DNA from: Meiothermus sp.
Lineage (GTDB): Bacteria > Deinococcota > Deinococci > Deinococcales > Thermaceae
NCBI GenBank assembly: GCA_033762915.1
Contig: JANRLD010000048.1
Location: 1-17,233 of the forward strand
DNA: 17,233 bases
Direction: 5' to 3'
Below are positions 7,888 through 15,518 of this stretch, one piece after another. The notes under the pieces were generated by a model. That model had not been told where the DNA came from and searched no databases. It was given only the letters and a program-made list of their open reading frames with translations. The translations under genes and the position numbers were made by a program. The first letter of the stretch is position 1. Each line of letters begins with the position of its first letter.

Positions 7888-7916
7888 TTGACAATAAACC
7901 AGGGGGCTGTTAGTCT
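7888..7916 (+). promoter_or_regulatory. SigA-type promoter of amt1-glnK
   Basis: TTGACA (7888-7893), 17-bp spacer ending in TGT, TAGTCT (7911-7916); AT-rich upstream DNA; strong SD GGGGAGGTGA at 7927-7936. Confidence 0.75.
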
Positions 7917-7940
7917 TGCCTGACTAGGGGAGGTGAGGGG

Positions 7941-9320
7941 TTGATGATGAATCTACGATTGATGGTTTTGCTGGGGTCGGTGCTGGGGGGTCTGGCGCTG
8001 GCCGAAGACCCTGAGTTGAGCGCGGCGGACACCGCGTGGATGCTGGTGGCCACTGGCTTGGTGTTGCTGATGACACCCGCACTGGCCTTCTTTTACGGCG
8101 GCTTGGTGCGCTCCAAGAACGCGCTCAACACCATGATGATGAGCTTTGCCGCACTGGGCTTCGTGGGGGTGGCCTGGGCGCTCCTGGGCTACAGCCTCTC
8201 GCTCTCCAACCCCGACGGCAACTTCATCGGCAACCTGAGTTACCTGTTCCTTAACAACGTCGGGCTGGCCAACAGCGGCGCGATCGTATCCATCACCATC
8301 CCACACGTGCTGTGGATGGCCTTCCAGGGCACCTTCTGCATCATCACCTGTGCGCTGGTCTCGGGCGCCATCGTGGAGCGGATGCGCTTCCCGGCCTTCC
8401 TGCTGTTCATGGTGCTGTGGAGCCTGTTCGTCTACGCCCCGCTGGCCAAGTGGGTGTGGGGCGGCGGCTTCCTGGCCGACCTGGGGGCCTGGGACTTCGC
8501 GGGCGGCACGGTGGTGCACATCAACGCCGGAATCGCGGCGGTGGTGGCGGCCTTGGTGCTCGGCCCGCGCAAGGACTTCGGGCGGCAGGCCATCCTGCCC
8601 CACAACGTGCCCTTCGTGCTGCTGGGTGCGGCCCTGCTGTGGTTCGGCTGGTTCGGTTTCAACGCGGGCTCGGCCTGGGGGGCCAGCCAGAGTGCCTCCA
8701 TCGCCTTCGTCAACACCATGTTCGCTCCCGCCGCGACCCTGCTGGTCTGGGCCCTGATCGACCTGATCCGCACCGGCAAGGTGACGGCCGTGGGGATGGC
8801 TACCGCCATCGTGGTGGGCTTGGTGGTCATCACCCCCGCCGCCGGCTACGTGAGCGTGACCAGCGCCATCCTCATGGGGGCCATCGGGGCCTTCCCGAGC
8901 TACTTCGCCCTGCTGTGGCGGGCACGCAGCAAGATGGACGACTCCCTCGACGTGTTTGCCGGGCACGGCATCGGCGGCATGGTGGGCGCGGTTCTGACCG
9001 GGGTCTTCGGGCAGAAGGTCATCATGGGGGCCGAGGTGGGCTACTTCAACGGCCTGATCGCGGGTAACCCCCAGCAGGTGCTGATCCAGGCCTTCGCGGT
9101 GCTGATCGCAGTGGTCTTCAGCGGCGCGATGACCTTCGTCCTGCTCAAGCTGGTCGGGGCCATCACCCCGCTTAAGGCCAGCGCCAAGGACGAGGGTCTG
9201 GGCATGGACGTGACCCAGCACGGCGAGGAAGGCTACGGCAACGGCGAGGGCGCCATCCTGGTCAACACCGAGACCGTCGCCCCGGCAGGCAAGGCCCGCG
9301 CGGTGGGCGGCACCGATTAA
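7941..9320 (+). CDS. amtB: Ammonium transporter (canonical twin-His type); start may be ATG 7944 or 7947
   Basis: DTAWML...LVLLMTPALAFFYGGLVRSKN, FQGTF, ERMRF, WVWGGG, DFAGGTVVH, PHN, WFGWFGFNAGS, DDSLDVFAGHG and GMDVTQHGE. Signal-peptide-like N-terminus. Confidence 0.97.
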   Translation: MMMNLRLMVLLGSVLGGLALAEDPELSAADTAWMLVATGLVLLMTPALAFFYGGLVRSKNALNTMMMSFAALGFVGVAWALLGYSLSLSNPDGNFIGNLSYLFLNNVGLANSGAIVSITIPHVLWMAFQGTFCIITCALVSGAIVERMRFPAFLLFMVLWSLFVYAPLAKWVWGGGFLADLGAWDFAGGTVVHINAGIAAVVAALVLGPRKDFGRQAILPHNVPFVLLGAALLWFGWFGFNAGSAWGASQSASIAFVNTMFAPAATLLVWALIDLIRTGKVTAVGMATAIVVGLVVITPAAGYVSVTSAILMGAIGAFPSYFALLWRARSKMDDSLDVFAGHGIGGMVGAVLTGVFGQKVIMGAEVGYFNGLIAGNPQQVLIQAFAVLIAVVFSGAMTFVLLKLVGAITPLKASAKDEGLGMDVTQHGEEGYGNGEGAILVNTETVAPAGKARAVGGTD

Positions 9321-9405
9321 CCGAAGGAGGTGGGCGGCAGGATGCAGGAGGTAGGATAAACCAATCCCCTCCACCCCACCCCCACCGCCCTTCTTGGAGG
9401 TACGC

Positions 9406-9756
9406 ATGAAACTCGTGGTAGCAGTTGTCCGACCTGACAAGATCAATGACGTGCTCGAGGCCCTCTTCAAGGCCGAGGTGCGCGGCCTGACCATCAGCCG
9501 GGTGCAGGGCCACGGGGGCGAGACCGAGCGGGTCGAGACCTACCGGGGCACCACCGTCAAGATGGAACTCTCGGAGAAGGTGCGCCTCGAGATCGGCGTC
9601 TCCGACCACTTCGTGGAGCCCACCATTAAGGCCATCCTTAAGGGTGCCCGCACCGGCGAGGGGGGCGACGGCAAAGTGTTCGTGCTGCCCGTCGAGAAGG
9701 TCTACCGCATCCGCACCGGCGAGGAAGACACCGCCGCCGTGACCCCGGTCTCCTAG
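9406..9756 (+). CDS. glnK: PII nitrogen regulatory protein
   Basis: MKLVVAVVRP, T-loop ETYRG, ARTGEGGDGKVFV and RIRTGE. GGAGG at 9396-9400 precedes ATG 9406. Directly linked to amtB. Confidence 0.96.
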   Translation: MKLVVAVVRPDKINDVLEALFKAEVRGLTISRVQGHGGETERVETYRGTTVKMELSEKVRLEIGVSDHFVEPTIKAILKGARTGEGGDGKVFVLPVEKVYRIRTGEEDTAAVTPVS

Positions 9757-9778
9757 AGCCCTCGCTTCCTCTTCAAGG

Positions 9779-9809
9779 CCCCTCGAGTTTGCGGCTCGAG
9801 GGGGTTTTT
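9779..9809 (+). terminator. Intrinsic terminator after glnK
   Basis: CCCCTCGAG (9779-9787) and CTCGAGGGG (9795-9803) followed by GTTTTT. Confidence 0.85.
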
Positions 9810-9857
9810 GTGGTATCACCCCCCTGGTAGGGCCCAAGATTGCTCGGATTCACTGCT

Positions 9858-9887
9858 GCACCCCGCAGGGTGTGGCGGGGTGCCTTT
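9858..9887 (+). terminator. Second GC-rich hairpin, possible back-up terminator
   Basis: GCACCCCGC-N8-GCGGGGTGC followed by CTTT. Confidence 0.45.
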
Positions 9888-9935
9888 GACCCTTAATTGT
9901 CGATTGCAACATCTAGCCAACCTTTGGTCAGATTT

Positions 9936-9965
9936 TTGACAGTTGTACGTTTTTTCTCGTACACT
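9936..9965 (+). promoter_or_regulatory. SigA-type promoter of amt2 with overlapping palindrome
   Basis: TTGACA (9936-9941), 18 bp, TACACT (9960-9965); inverted repeat TGTACG-N8-CGTACA at 9944-9963. Confidence 0.7.
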
Positions 9966-10064
9966 TGGCGGCAGCCGTGGGGGTATAGCCCGAAACGGAA
10001 CTTATGAGGCGGCAGTTTTCATCCCCTGGTGGCACAGGTCGGGGGAAAACTGGGGAGACTGGCT

Positions 10065-11399
10065 ATGAACAGAGGCGTATCGGTTGGATTGGTCTTTGGG
10101 GTGGCGCTGGCCCAGGGGGAGATCAGCGCGGGCGACACCGCCTGGGTGCTGGTTTCAACGGCCCTGGTGCTGATGATGACCCCGGCGCTGGGGCTTTTTT
10201 ATGCCGGGCTGGTGCGCTCCAAGAACACCCTCAACACCTTCATGATGAGCCTGGCCGCGATGGGCGTGGTCACGCTGGTCTGGGTGCTGATCGCGTACTC
10301 GCTGGCCTTCGCCCCTGGCAACAGCCTGGTCGGGGGGACTCAGCACGCCCTTCTGAGCGGTGTTGGGCTAGGGGCGCGTGAAGGTCTGGCGATCCCCGAC
10401 CTGTTGTTCGTGGTCTTCCAGGCCAGCTTCTGCATCATCACCGCCGCGCTGATCTCGGGGGCGGTGGTGGAGCGGATGCGCTTCGCACCGTTCCTGGTCT
10501 TCATGGCCCTGTGGTCGGCCCTGATTTACGCCCCCCTGGCCCACTGGGTCTGGGGCGGCGGCTGGCTGCAAAAGCTGGGCGTGCTGGACTTCGCGGGCGG
10601 GGTGCCGGTGGAGATGGCCTCGGGCTTCTCGGCCCTGGCGGCGGCGCTGGTGCTGGGCGCGCGCAAGGACTACGGGCGGCAGGCCCTGCTGCCCCACAAC
10701 GGCGTCTTCGCGCTGCTGGGGGCTGGGCTGCTGTGGTTCGGCTGGTTTGGCTTCAACGGCGGCAGTGCCCTGGCGGCAGGCGGCGCGGCGGCGCTGGCCT
10801 TCGCCAACACCCTGCTGGCCCCGGCGGCAACCCTGGTCGTGTGGATCATCCTGGACTTGGGCCGGGGCGGCAAGGCCACGGCGATTGGTGCGGCGACGGC
10901 GGTGGTGGTGGGGGCAGTGGCGATCACCCCGGCAGCGGGCTTCATCGGTCCGATGGCTGCGCTCCTGCTGGGCGGTGTGGCGGCGATTCCCAGCTACTTC
11001 TTCATTGCCTGGCGCACCCGCACCCGCCTAGACGAGTCGCTGGACGTGCTGGCCGCGCACGGCCTGGGCGGAGTGATGGGGATGCTGTTCATCGGCCTGT
11101 TCGCCCAGAAGGACTGGAACGGCTTGGCCGACGGGCTGCTGTTTGGCAACCCGGCCCAGTTGGGTTTGCAGGCCCTGGCGGTGCTGGCAGCGGTGACCTA
11201 CAGCTTCGGCGGCACCTTCGTGCTGCTGAAAGTGCTCGAGACCCTCCTCCCCCTCCGCGCCACCCCCCGCGAGGAGGGAATGGGCATGGACGTGACCCAG
11301 CACGGCGAGGAAGCCTACACCAACGGCGAGGGTGCGATCCTGGTCAAGTCAGAGCCGGGCGCGGTGGGCAAGGCCAAGGCGGCTGCGGGCACCGACTAA
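10065..11399 (+). CDS. amt: Second ammonium transporter paralog (Glu-His pore variant)
   Basis: Complete Amt motif set, but DFAGGVPVEMASG replaces DFAGGTVVHINAG. ATG 10065 follows GGGGAG, so the tracked GTG start at 10029 is less likely. Confidence 0.95.
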   Translation: MNRGVSVGLVFGVALAQGEISAGDTAWVLVSTALVLMMTPALGLFYAGLVRSKNTLNTFMMSLAAMGVVTLVWVLIAYSLAFAPGNSLVGGTQHALLSGVGLGAREGLAIPDLLFVVFQASFCIITAALISGAVVERMRFAPFLVFMALWSALIYAPLAHWVWGGGWLQKLGVLDFAGGVPVEMASGFSALAAALVLGARKDYGRQALLPHNGVFALLGAGLLWFGWFGFNGGSALAAGGAAALAFANTLLAPAATLVVWIILDLGRGGKATAIGAATAVVVGAVAITPAAGFIGPMAALLLGGVAAIPSYFFIAWRTRTRLDESLDVLAAHGLGGVMGMLFIGLFAQKDWNGLADGLLFGNPAQLGLQALAVLAAVTYSFGGTFVLLKVLETLLPLRATPREEGMGMDVTQHGEEAYTNGEGAILVKSEPGAVGKAKAAAGTD

Positions 11400-11569
11400 T
11401 CTCGGACGTGCGCTTTCGGGCGTCGCCTGCGCACCGACGGCAGTTCCCACGAATAGCCCGCGCGCGGTGGCCCGGATGTCGCCGGAAGAGTTGCTCGAAA
11501 CTTGGTTGCCTTCCACACTGCTGCTGATAACCTCCCCGCTCGAGGTTCAGGGGTAACGCGTTCAGACCT

Positions 11570-11614
11570 TTGACAACTCAGCGGGTAAGGTCTTATCGTG
11601 TAGCTCACGTTACA
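11570..11614 (+). promoter_or_regulatory. Probable promoter of the ABC operon with palindromic sites
   Basis: TTGACA (11570-11575), 18 bp, TATCGT (11594-11599); TGTA-N8-TACA at 11599-11614. Confidence 0.55.
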
Positions 11615-11704
11615 AATGGCTCGAGGCCCCTTGTGCGGCTCGAGGCCAACTTATCGAAAGAGCGTTTGCCGATTCTGGTTTTTGGTCTGGTTACGGAGGC
11701 AGCT

Positions 11705-12736
11705 ATGAAAAAGAGTTGGATGACTATCGGAGTAGTGGCGGTTGGCTTGGTGGCACTGGCGCAAACGCTGAATGCGCTGGTGGACGGGGCCAAGAGGGAA
11801 GGTCAGATCGTCTCCTACGGCTCGCCAGCCGACTGGGCCGGCTACGGTGCGATCTCGGAGATCATGACCAAGCGCTACGGGCTCAAGCACTCCGACACCG
11901 ACATGTCCTCGGCGGAAGAGATCGCCAAGTGGGACGCAGAGAAGAACAACCCGGTCGCCGACGTGGGCGACATCGGCCTCCAGTTCGGCCCCATCGCCGA
12001 GGACCGCGGCGTGCTGCTGGCCTACAAGCACTCCAAGTGGAACGAGATCCCGGCCTGGGCCAAGGACGCCAACGGCCTCTACTCGGCCACCTACTACGGC
12101 ACCATCGTCTTCGCCACCAACACCAAGATCGTCAAGAACCCGCCCAAAACCTGGAAGGACCTGCTCAAGCCAGAGTACAAAGGCCTGGTGGGCCTGTCCG
12201 ACCCGCGCCGCGCCGCGCTGGGCCAGTACGCGGTGATCGCGGCCTCCTTCGCGGGCGGCGGCTCGGAGAACAACATCGCGCCGGGCATCAAGTTCTTCGC
12301 CGACCTCCAAAAGGCCGGCAACCTTAAGCCGGTGCAGCCCAGCAAGGACCTGCTGGCCAAGGGCGAGATCGGCGTCAACATCATGTGGGACTTCCAGGCC
12401 TTCCCCTGGAAGAAGGACCTGCCCGAGCTGAACATCCAGGTTCCGCAGGACGGCTCGACCTTCGGCCCTTACGCCACCGTAATCAACAAGTACACCCGCC
12501 GCCCCAACGCGGCCAAGCTCTGGATCGAGACGGTGCTCTCCGACGAAGGCCAGATCGCCTTCGCCAAGGCCGGGGCGCGCCCCATCCGCAAGGTCAAGCT
12601 GCCCAAGGACGTGGAGGACGGCCTGCTGCCCGAGGCCCAGTACGACGCCGCCAAGCCCATCACCAACTGGCGCAACATGGAGAACATCTCCAAGGGCATC
12701 GGCGAGAAGTGGGCCACCGACGTTCTGGGCCAATAA
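11705..12736 (+). CDS. ABC transporter substrate-binding protein (PotD/AfuA superfamily, AepX-like)
   Basis: GGAGG then ATG 11705; signal peptide ending ALA-Q; motifs AKREG, P.DWA, YGLKHSDTDMSSAEEIAK, ADVGDIG..FGP, PKTWKDLLKPEYKG, PNAAKLW and SDEGQ...A....RPIR. Confidence 0.9.
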   Translation: MKKSWMTIGVVAVGLVALAQTLNALVDGAKREGQIVSYGSPADWAGYGAISEIMTKRYGLKHSDTDMSSAEEIAKWDAEKNNPVADVGDIGLQFGPIAEDRGVLLAYKHSKWNEIPAWAKDANGLYSATYYGTIVFATNTKIVKNPPKTWKDLLKPEYKGLVGLSDPRRAALGQYAVIAASFAGGGSENNIAPGIKFFADLQKAGNLKPVQPSKDLLAKGEIGVNIMWDFQAFPWKKDLPELNIQVPQDGSTFGPYATVINKYTRRPNAAKLWIETVLSDEGQIAFAKAGARPIRKVKLPKDVEDGLLPEAQYDAAKPITNWRNMENISKGIGEKWATDVLGQ

Positions 12737-12754
12737 CAGCTCTTGGGTTAACAC

Positions 12755-12785
12755 CGCTTTGGGGGCGCACGTCGCCCCCAAAGCG
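12755..12785 (+). other. Perfect 13-bp stem-loop between the binding-protein and permease genes
   Basis: CGCTTTGGGGGCG-cacgt-CGCCCCCAAAGCG with no U-tract, at a position typical of mRNA-stabilising hairpins. Confidence 0.8.
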
Positions 12786-12800
12786 CTATCGGAGGTGGGC

Positions 12801-13640
12801 TTGAGGTCAGGTCTGGGTCTTCGCTGGGCCAGCGTGGGAATCGCCCTGCTGTTCGTGGGGTTCCTGGTGATGTTCGAGCTGCTGCCCGGGGTACTGCTGG
12901 TCAAGGCCTTCTGGGTGGACGGGAGGCTGAGCCTCGAGCCCTGGGCCGAGGCCACCAAGCCGCTCTACCTGCGTGCACTGCGCAACTCGCTCCAGCTCAG
13001 CTTCTGGAGCGCGCTGCAGGGGGGGGTGCTGGGCATCCTCACCGCCTGGGCGCTTTGGTCGTCGAGCCGCCCGGCGGTGCGGGGCTTCGTGACCGGGCTC
13101 TCGGGGATCGCGGCCAACTTCACCGGGCCGCCGCTGGCCTTCGCCTTCATCATCGTCTTCGGCACCAGCGGCCTGTTCAACCTGGTCTTCAAGAGCGTGG
13201 GCCTGCCCCCGGTGGACATCTACGGCCGCGACGGGCTCTACTGGGTCTACTTGTACTTCCAGTGGCCGCTGATGACGGTGCTGATGCTGCCGGCCTTCGC
13301 GGCCATCCAGCGCGAGTGGCTCGAGGCGGCGCGGGGGATGGGCAGCAGCGTTTTGGGCTTCTGGTGGCGGGTGGGCCTGCCGGTGCTGCTGCCCTCGATC
13401 CTGGGCTCTTTCGCGCTCCTGTTCGCCAACGCCTTCGGGGCTTACGCCACCGTCTACGCCCTGACCCAAGGGGCGCGCAACCTGCTGCCGATCCAGATCG
13501 GCTTCCAGGTCAACGGCGACGTGGGCTACAACCCGGCGGTGGCGGCGGCCCTGGCGCTGATGATGGCGGCGGTGCTGGGGGCCTGCCTGGGGCTGTACCG
13601 CCTCAGCCGCCGATGGGCGGCGCGGATGGAGGGGTCATGA
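12801..13640 (+). CDS. ABC transporter permease 1
   Basis: Hydrophobic, with ANFTGPPLAFAF, EAA loop EWLEAARGMG and FANAFGAYATVYAL. Start placed at TTG 12801 after GGAGG (12791-12795); the tracked start 12759 lies inside the hairpin. Confidence 0.9.
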   Translation: MRSGLGLRWASVGIALLFVGFLVMFELLPGVLLVKAFWVDGRLSLEPWAEATKPLYLRALRNSLQLSFWSALQGGVLGILTAWALWSSSRPAVRGFVTGLSGIAANFTGPPLAFAFIIVFGTSGLFNLVFKSVGLPPVDIYGRDGLYWVYLYFQWPLMTVLMLPAFAAIQREWLEAARGMGSSVLGFWWRVGLPVLLPSILGSFALLFANAFGAYATVYALTQGARNLLPIQIGFQVNGDVGYNPAVAAALALMMAAVLGACLGLYRLSRRWAARMEGS

Positions 13641-14422
13641 GCACCGCGCTGCGCCGGATCGTGCTGGGGGCGCTGGTGGTCTACCTGCTGTTCCCGGTGG
13701 TGGCCTCGCTGGTCTACAGCTTCTCGACGAACTGGACCGCGCTGCTGCCCGAGGGGTACACCCTCGAGCACTGGCTCAAGCTGGGCGGCTCGGAACGCTT
13801 TTGGGTGGCGCTCTCGCGCACCGCTATCCTCTCGTTTTCGGTGGTGGCGCTCTCGGTCTTCTTCCTGGTCCCTACCCTGTTTGTGGTCAAGCTCTACTAC
13901 CCCAGGGTGGCGGGGGTGCTCGAGTTCCTGACCCTGTGGCCCTTTGTCTTCCCGGGGGTGATCCTGGCGGTGGGGCTGATCCAGCTCTACTCCTCGCCCC
14001 CCGTCGTACTGGCCCAGACCCCTTTCCTGCTGATCGCCGCCGTGACGGTGATCTCGCTGCCCTACGCCTACCGCGCGGTGGACAACGCCTTCGCGGCGGC
14101 CGACGTGAAGACCCTGGCCGAGGCCGCCCGCAGCCTGGGGGCCGACGACGCCAAGACCCTGTTGTGGGTGATTCTCCCCACGGTGCTTCCGGGGGTGCTC
14201 TCGGGCGGGGTGCTGGCCTTCAGCGCGGCCTTCGGTGAGTTCGCCCTGACCCAGCTCCTCATCGGCACCGCCTGGGAGACCCTGCCGGTCTACCAGGTGC
14301 AGATCTCCGGCACCGAGGGCAAGGTCAGCGCGGCCATTACGGTGATATCCTTCCTGGCCGCCTGGGGGCTGGGGGCGCTGGCGCTTTCGCTGCGGCGCGA
14401 CGGTAAAGTGAGCGTGATCTGA
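13637..14422 (+). CDS. ABC transporter permease 2
   Basis: ATGA overlap with the previous stop; MSTALRRIV..., EAA loop LAEAARSLGA, FGEF and TLPV. Confidence 0.92.
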   Translation: MSTALRRIVLGALVVYLLFPVVASLVYSFSTNWTALLPEGYTLEHWLKLGGSERFWVALSRTAILSFSVVALSVFFLVPTLFVVKLYYPRVAGVLEFLTLWPFVFPGVILAVGLIQLYSSPPVVLAQTPFLLIAAVTVISLPYAYRAVDNAFAAADVKTLAEAARSLGADDAKTLLWVILPTVLPGVLSGGVLAFSAAFGEFALTQLLIGTAWETLPVYQVQISGTEGKVSAAITVISFLAAWGLGALALSLRRDGKVSVI

Positions 14423-15441
14423 TGGAGCGTGCCAAGAGCGTGGGCATTACCCTGAAGGGGCTGTGCAAGCACTACCAAGGCAAGACCGCCGTGGACAACG
14501 CCAGCCTCGAGGTGGCCCCCGGCGAGCTGGTCAGCCTGCTGGGGCCCTCGGGGTGCGGCAAGACCACTACCCTGCGGATGATCGCGGGCTTCGAACTGCC
14601 CGACCAGGGGCAGGTGCTGTTCGGCGACCAGGACGTGACCCGCGTCCCCGCTGAGGGCCGCCAGGTGGGGATGGTCTTCCAAAACTACGCCCTCTTCCCC
14701 AACCTGAGCGTAGCGGGCAACATCGGCTTCGGGCTGCGGGTGGCGCGGTGGGGGGCCGACAAGGCCCGGGCCCGCGTCGCCGAGATGGTGGGGCTGGTCG
14801 GGCTTAAGGGCTTTGAGGATCGGGCCGTGCAAAACCTCTCCGGTGGGCAGCGGCAGCGGGTGGCGCTGGCCAGGGCCCTGGCCCCCCAGCCCCGCTTGCT
14901 CCTGCTCGACGAGCCGCTCTCCGCCCTCGACGCCAAGATCCGCGCCGGCCTGCGCACCGAGCTGCGCCGCCTCCAGCTGGACCTGGGCATCACCACCGTG
15001 ATGGTGACGCACGACCAGGAGGAGGCCATGAGCATGTCCGACCGGGTGGTGGTGATGAACCACGGCAAGATCGAGCAGATCGGCAGCCCCAGGGACCTCT
15101 ACACCCGGCCCCAGACCGCCTTCGTGGCGACCTTCATCGGCTCGATGAATCTCTTCGCCCCGGAGAGGGTGGGGGGCAACTGGCGCATCAGCGGGCAGGA
15201 GCTGGCGCTGCCGGTGGTGCCCCCCGGCAAAATCGGCGTCCGCCCCGAGCGCATCGAGCTGAACGGCGGCGGCCAGTTCCCCGGAACCGTCGAGCTGGTG
15301 ACCTACCTGGGCGCCGAACAGCAGGTTCTGGTGCGGGTCGGCCCCGACCTTTGGACGGTCTTCGTCCCCAACCAGACCCTTGTCACCCGCGGCGACCCGG
15401 TGCGGCTGCACGTGCCGGACGATGCGTGGATACTGGTCTAG
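14422..15441 (+). CDS. ABC transporter ATP-binding protein (PotA/FbpC-like, C-terminal TOBE domain)
   Basis: Walker A GPSGCGKTT, Q-loop VFQNYALFP, signature LSGGQRQR, Walker B LLLLDEP and VTHDQEEA. TGATG overlap with permease 2. Confidence 0.96.
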   Translation: MERAKSVGITLKGLCKHYQGKTAVDNASLEVAPGELVSLLGPSGCGKTTTLRMIAGFELPDQGQVLFGDQDVTRVPAEGRQVGMVFQNYALFPNLSVAGNIGFGLRVARWGADKARARVAEMVGLVGLKGFEDRAVQNLSGGQRQRVALARALAPQPRLLLLDEPLSALDAKIRAGLRTELRRLQLDLGITTVMVTHDQEEAMSMSDRVVVMNHGKIEQIGSPRDLYTRPQTAFVATFIGSMNLFAPERVGGNWRISGQELALPVVPPGKIGVRPERIELNGGGQFPGTVELVTYLGAEQQVLVRVGPDLWTVFVPNQTLVTRGDPVRLHVPDDAWILV

Positions 15442-15451
15442 CGGGCGCAAA

Positions 15452-15476
15452 GGCGGTTAGTCTTTAGCTAACCGCC
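15452..15476. other. Intergenic 9-bp stem-loop
   Basis: GGCGGTTAG-tctttag-CTAACCGCC. Confidence 0.6.
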
Positions 15477-15518
15477 AACTGCCAATAGCCTTCCTCTTTC
15501 GAGCCTTAACAAAACCCC

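Noticed and set aside
7953..9494. Long antisense ORFs (7953..9494, 11651..12958, 14290..15450, 6191..7048, 25..756 and similar)
   Set aside because: Shadow frames of well-supported genes in high-GC DNA, with no recognisable motifs.
9926..9941. GlnR/TnrA box at the amt2 promoter
   Set aside because: The spacing is N6 rather than N7 and the left arm mismatches TGTNA.
9975..10012. Hammerhead ribozyme or glutamine (glnA) riboswitch in the amt2 leader
   Set aside because: CTTATGA does not match the CUGANGA core, and the glnA-motif consensus is not recognisable; kept only as an unclassified structured leader.
11476..11556. Small ORF MSPEELLETWLPSTLLLITSPLEVQG after amt2
   Set aside because: No SD or promoter evidence, atypical codons and no motif.
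11570..11704. 45-aa extension on the substrate-binding protein
   Set aside because: The TTG start is the -35 hexamer; the SD and signal peptide place the start at 11705.
13055..13636. Long N-terminal domain on permease 2, or a programmed frameshift
   Set aside because: Alternative-frame read-through of permease 1; an ATGA overlap with an upstream GGAGG explains the start at 13637.
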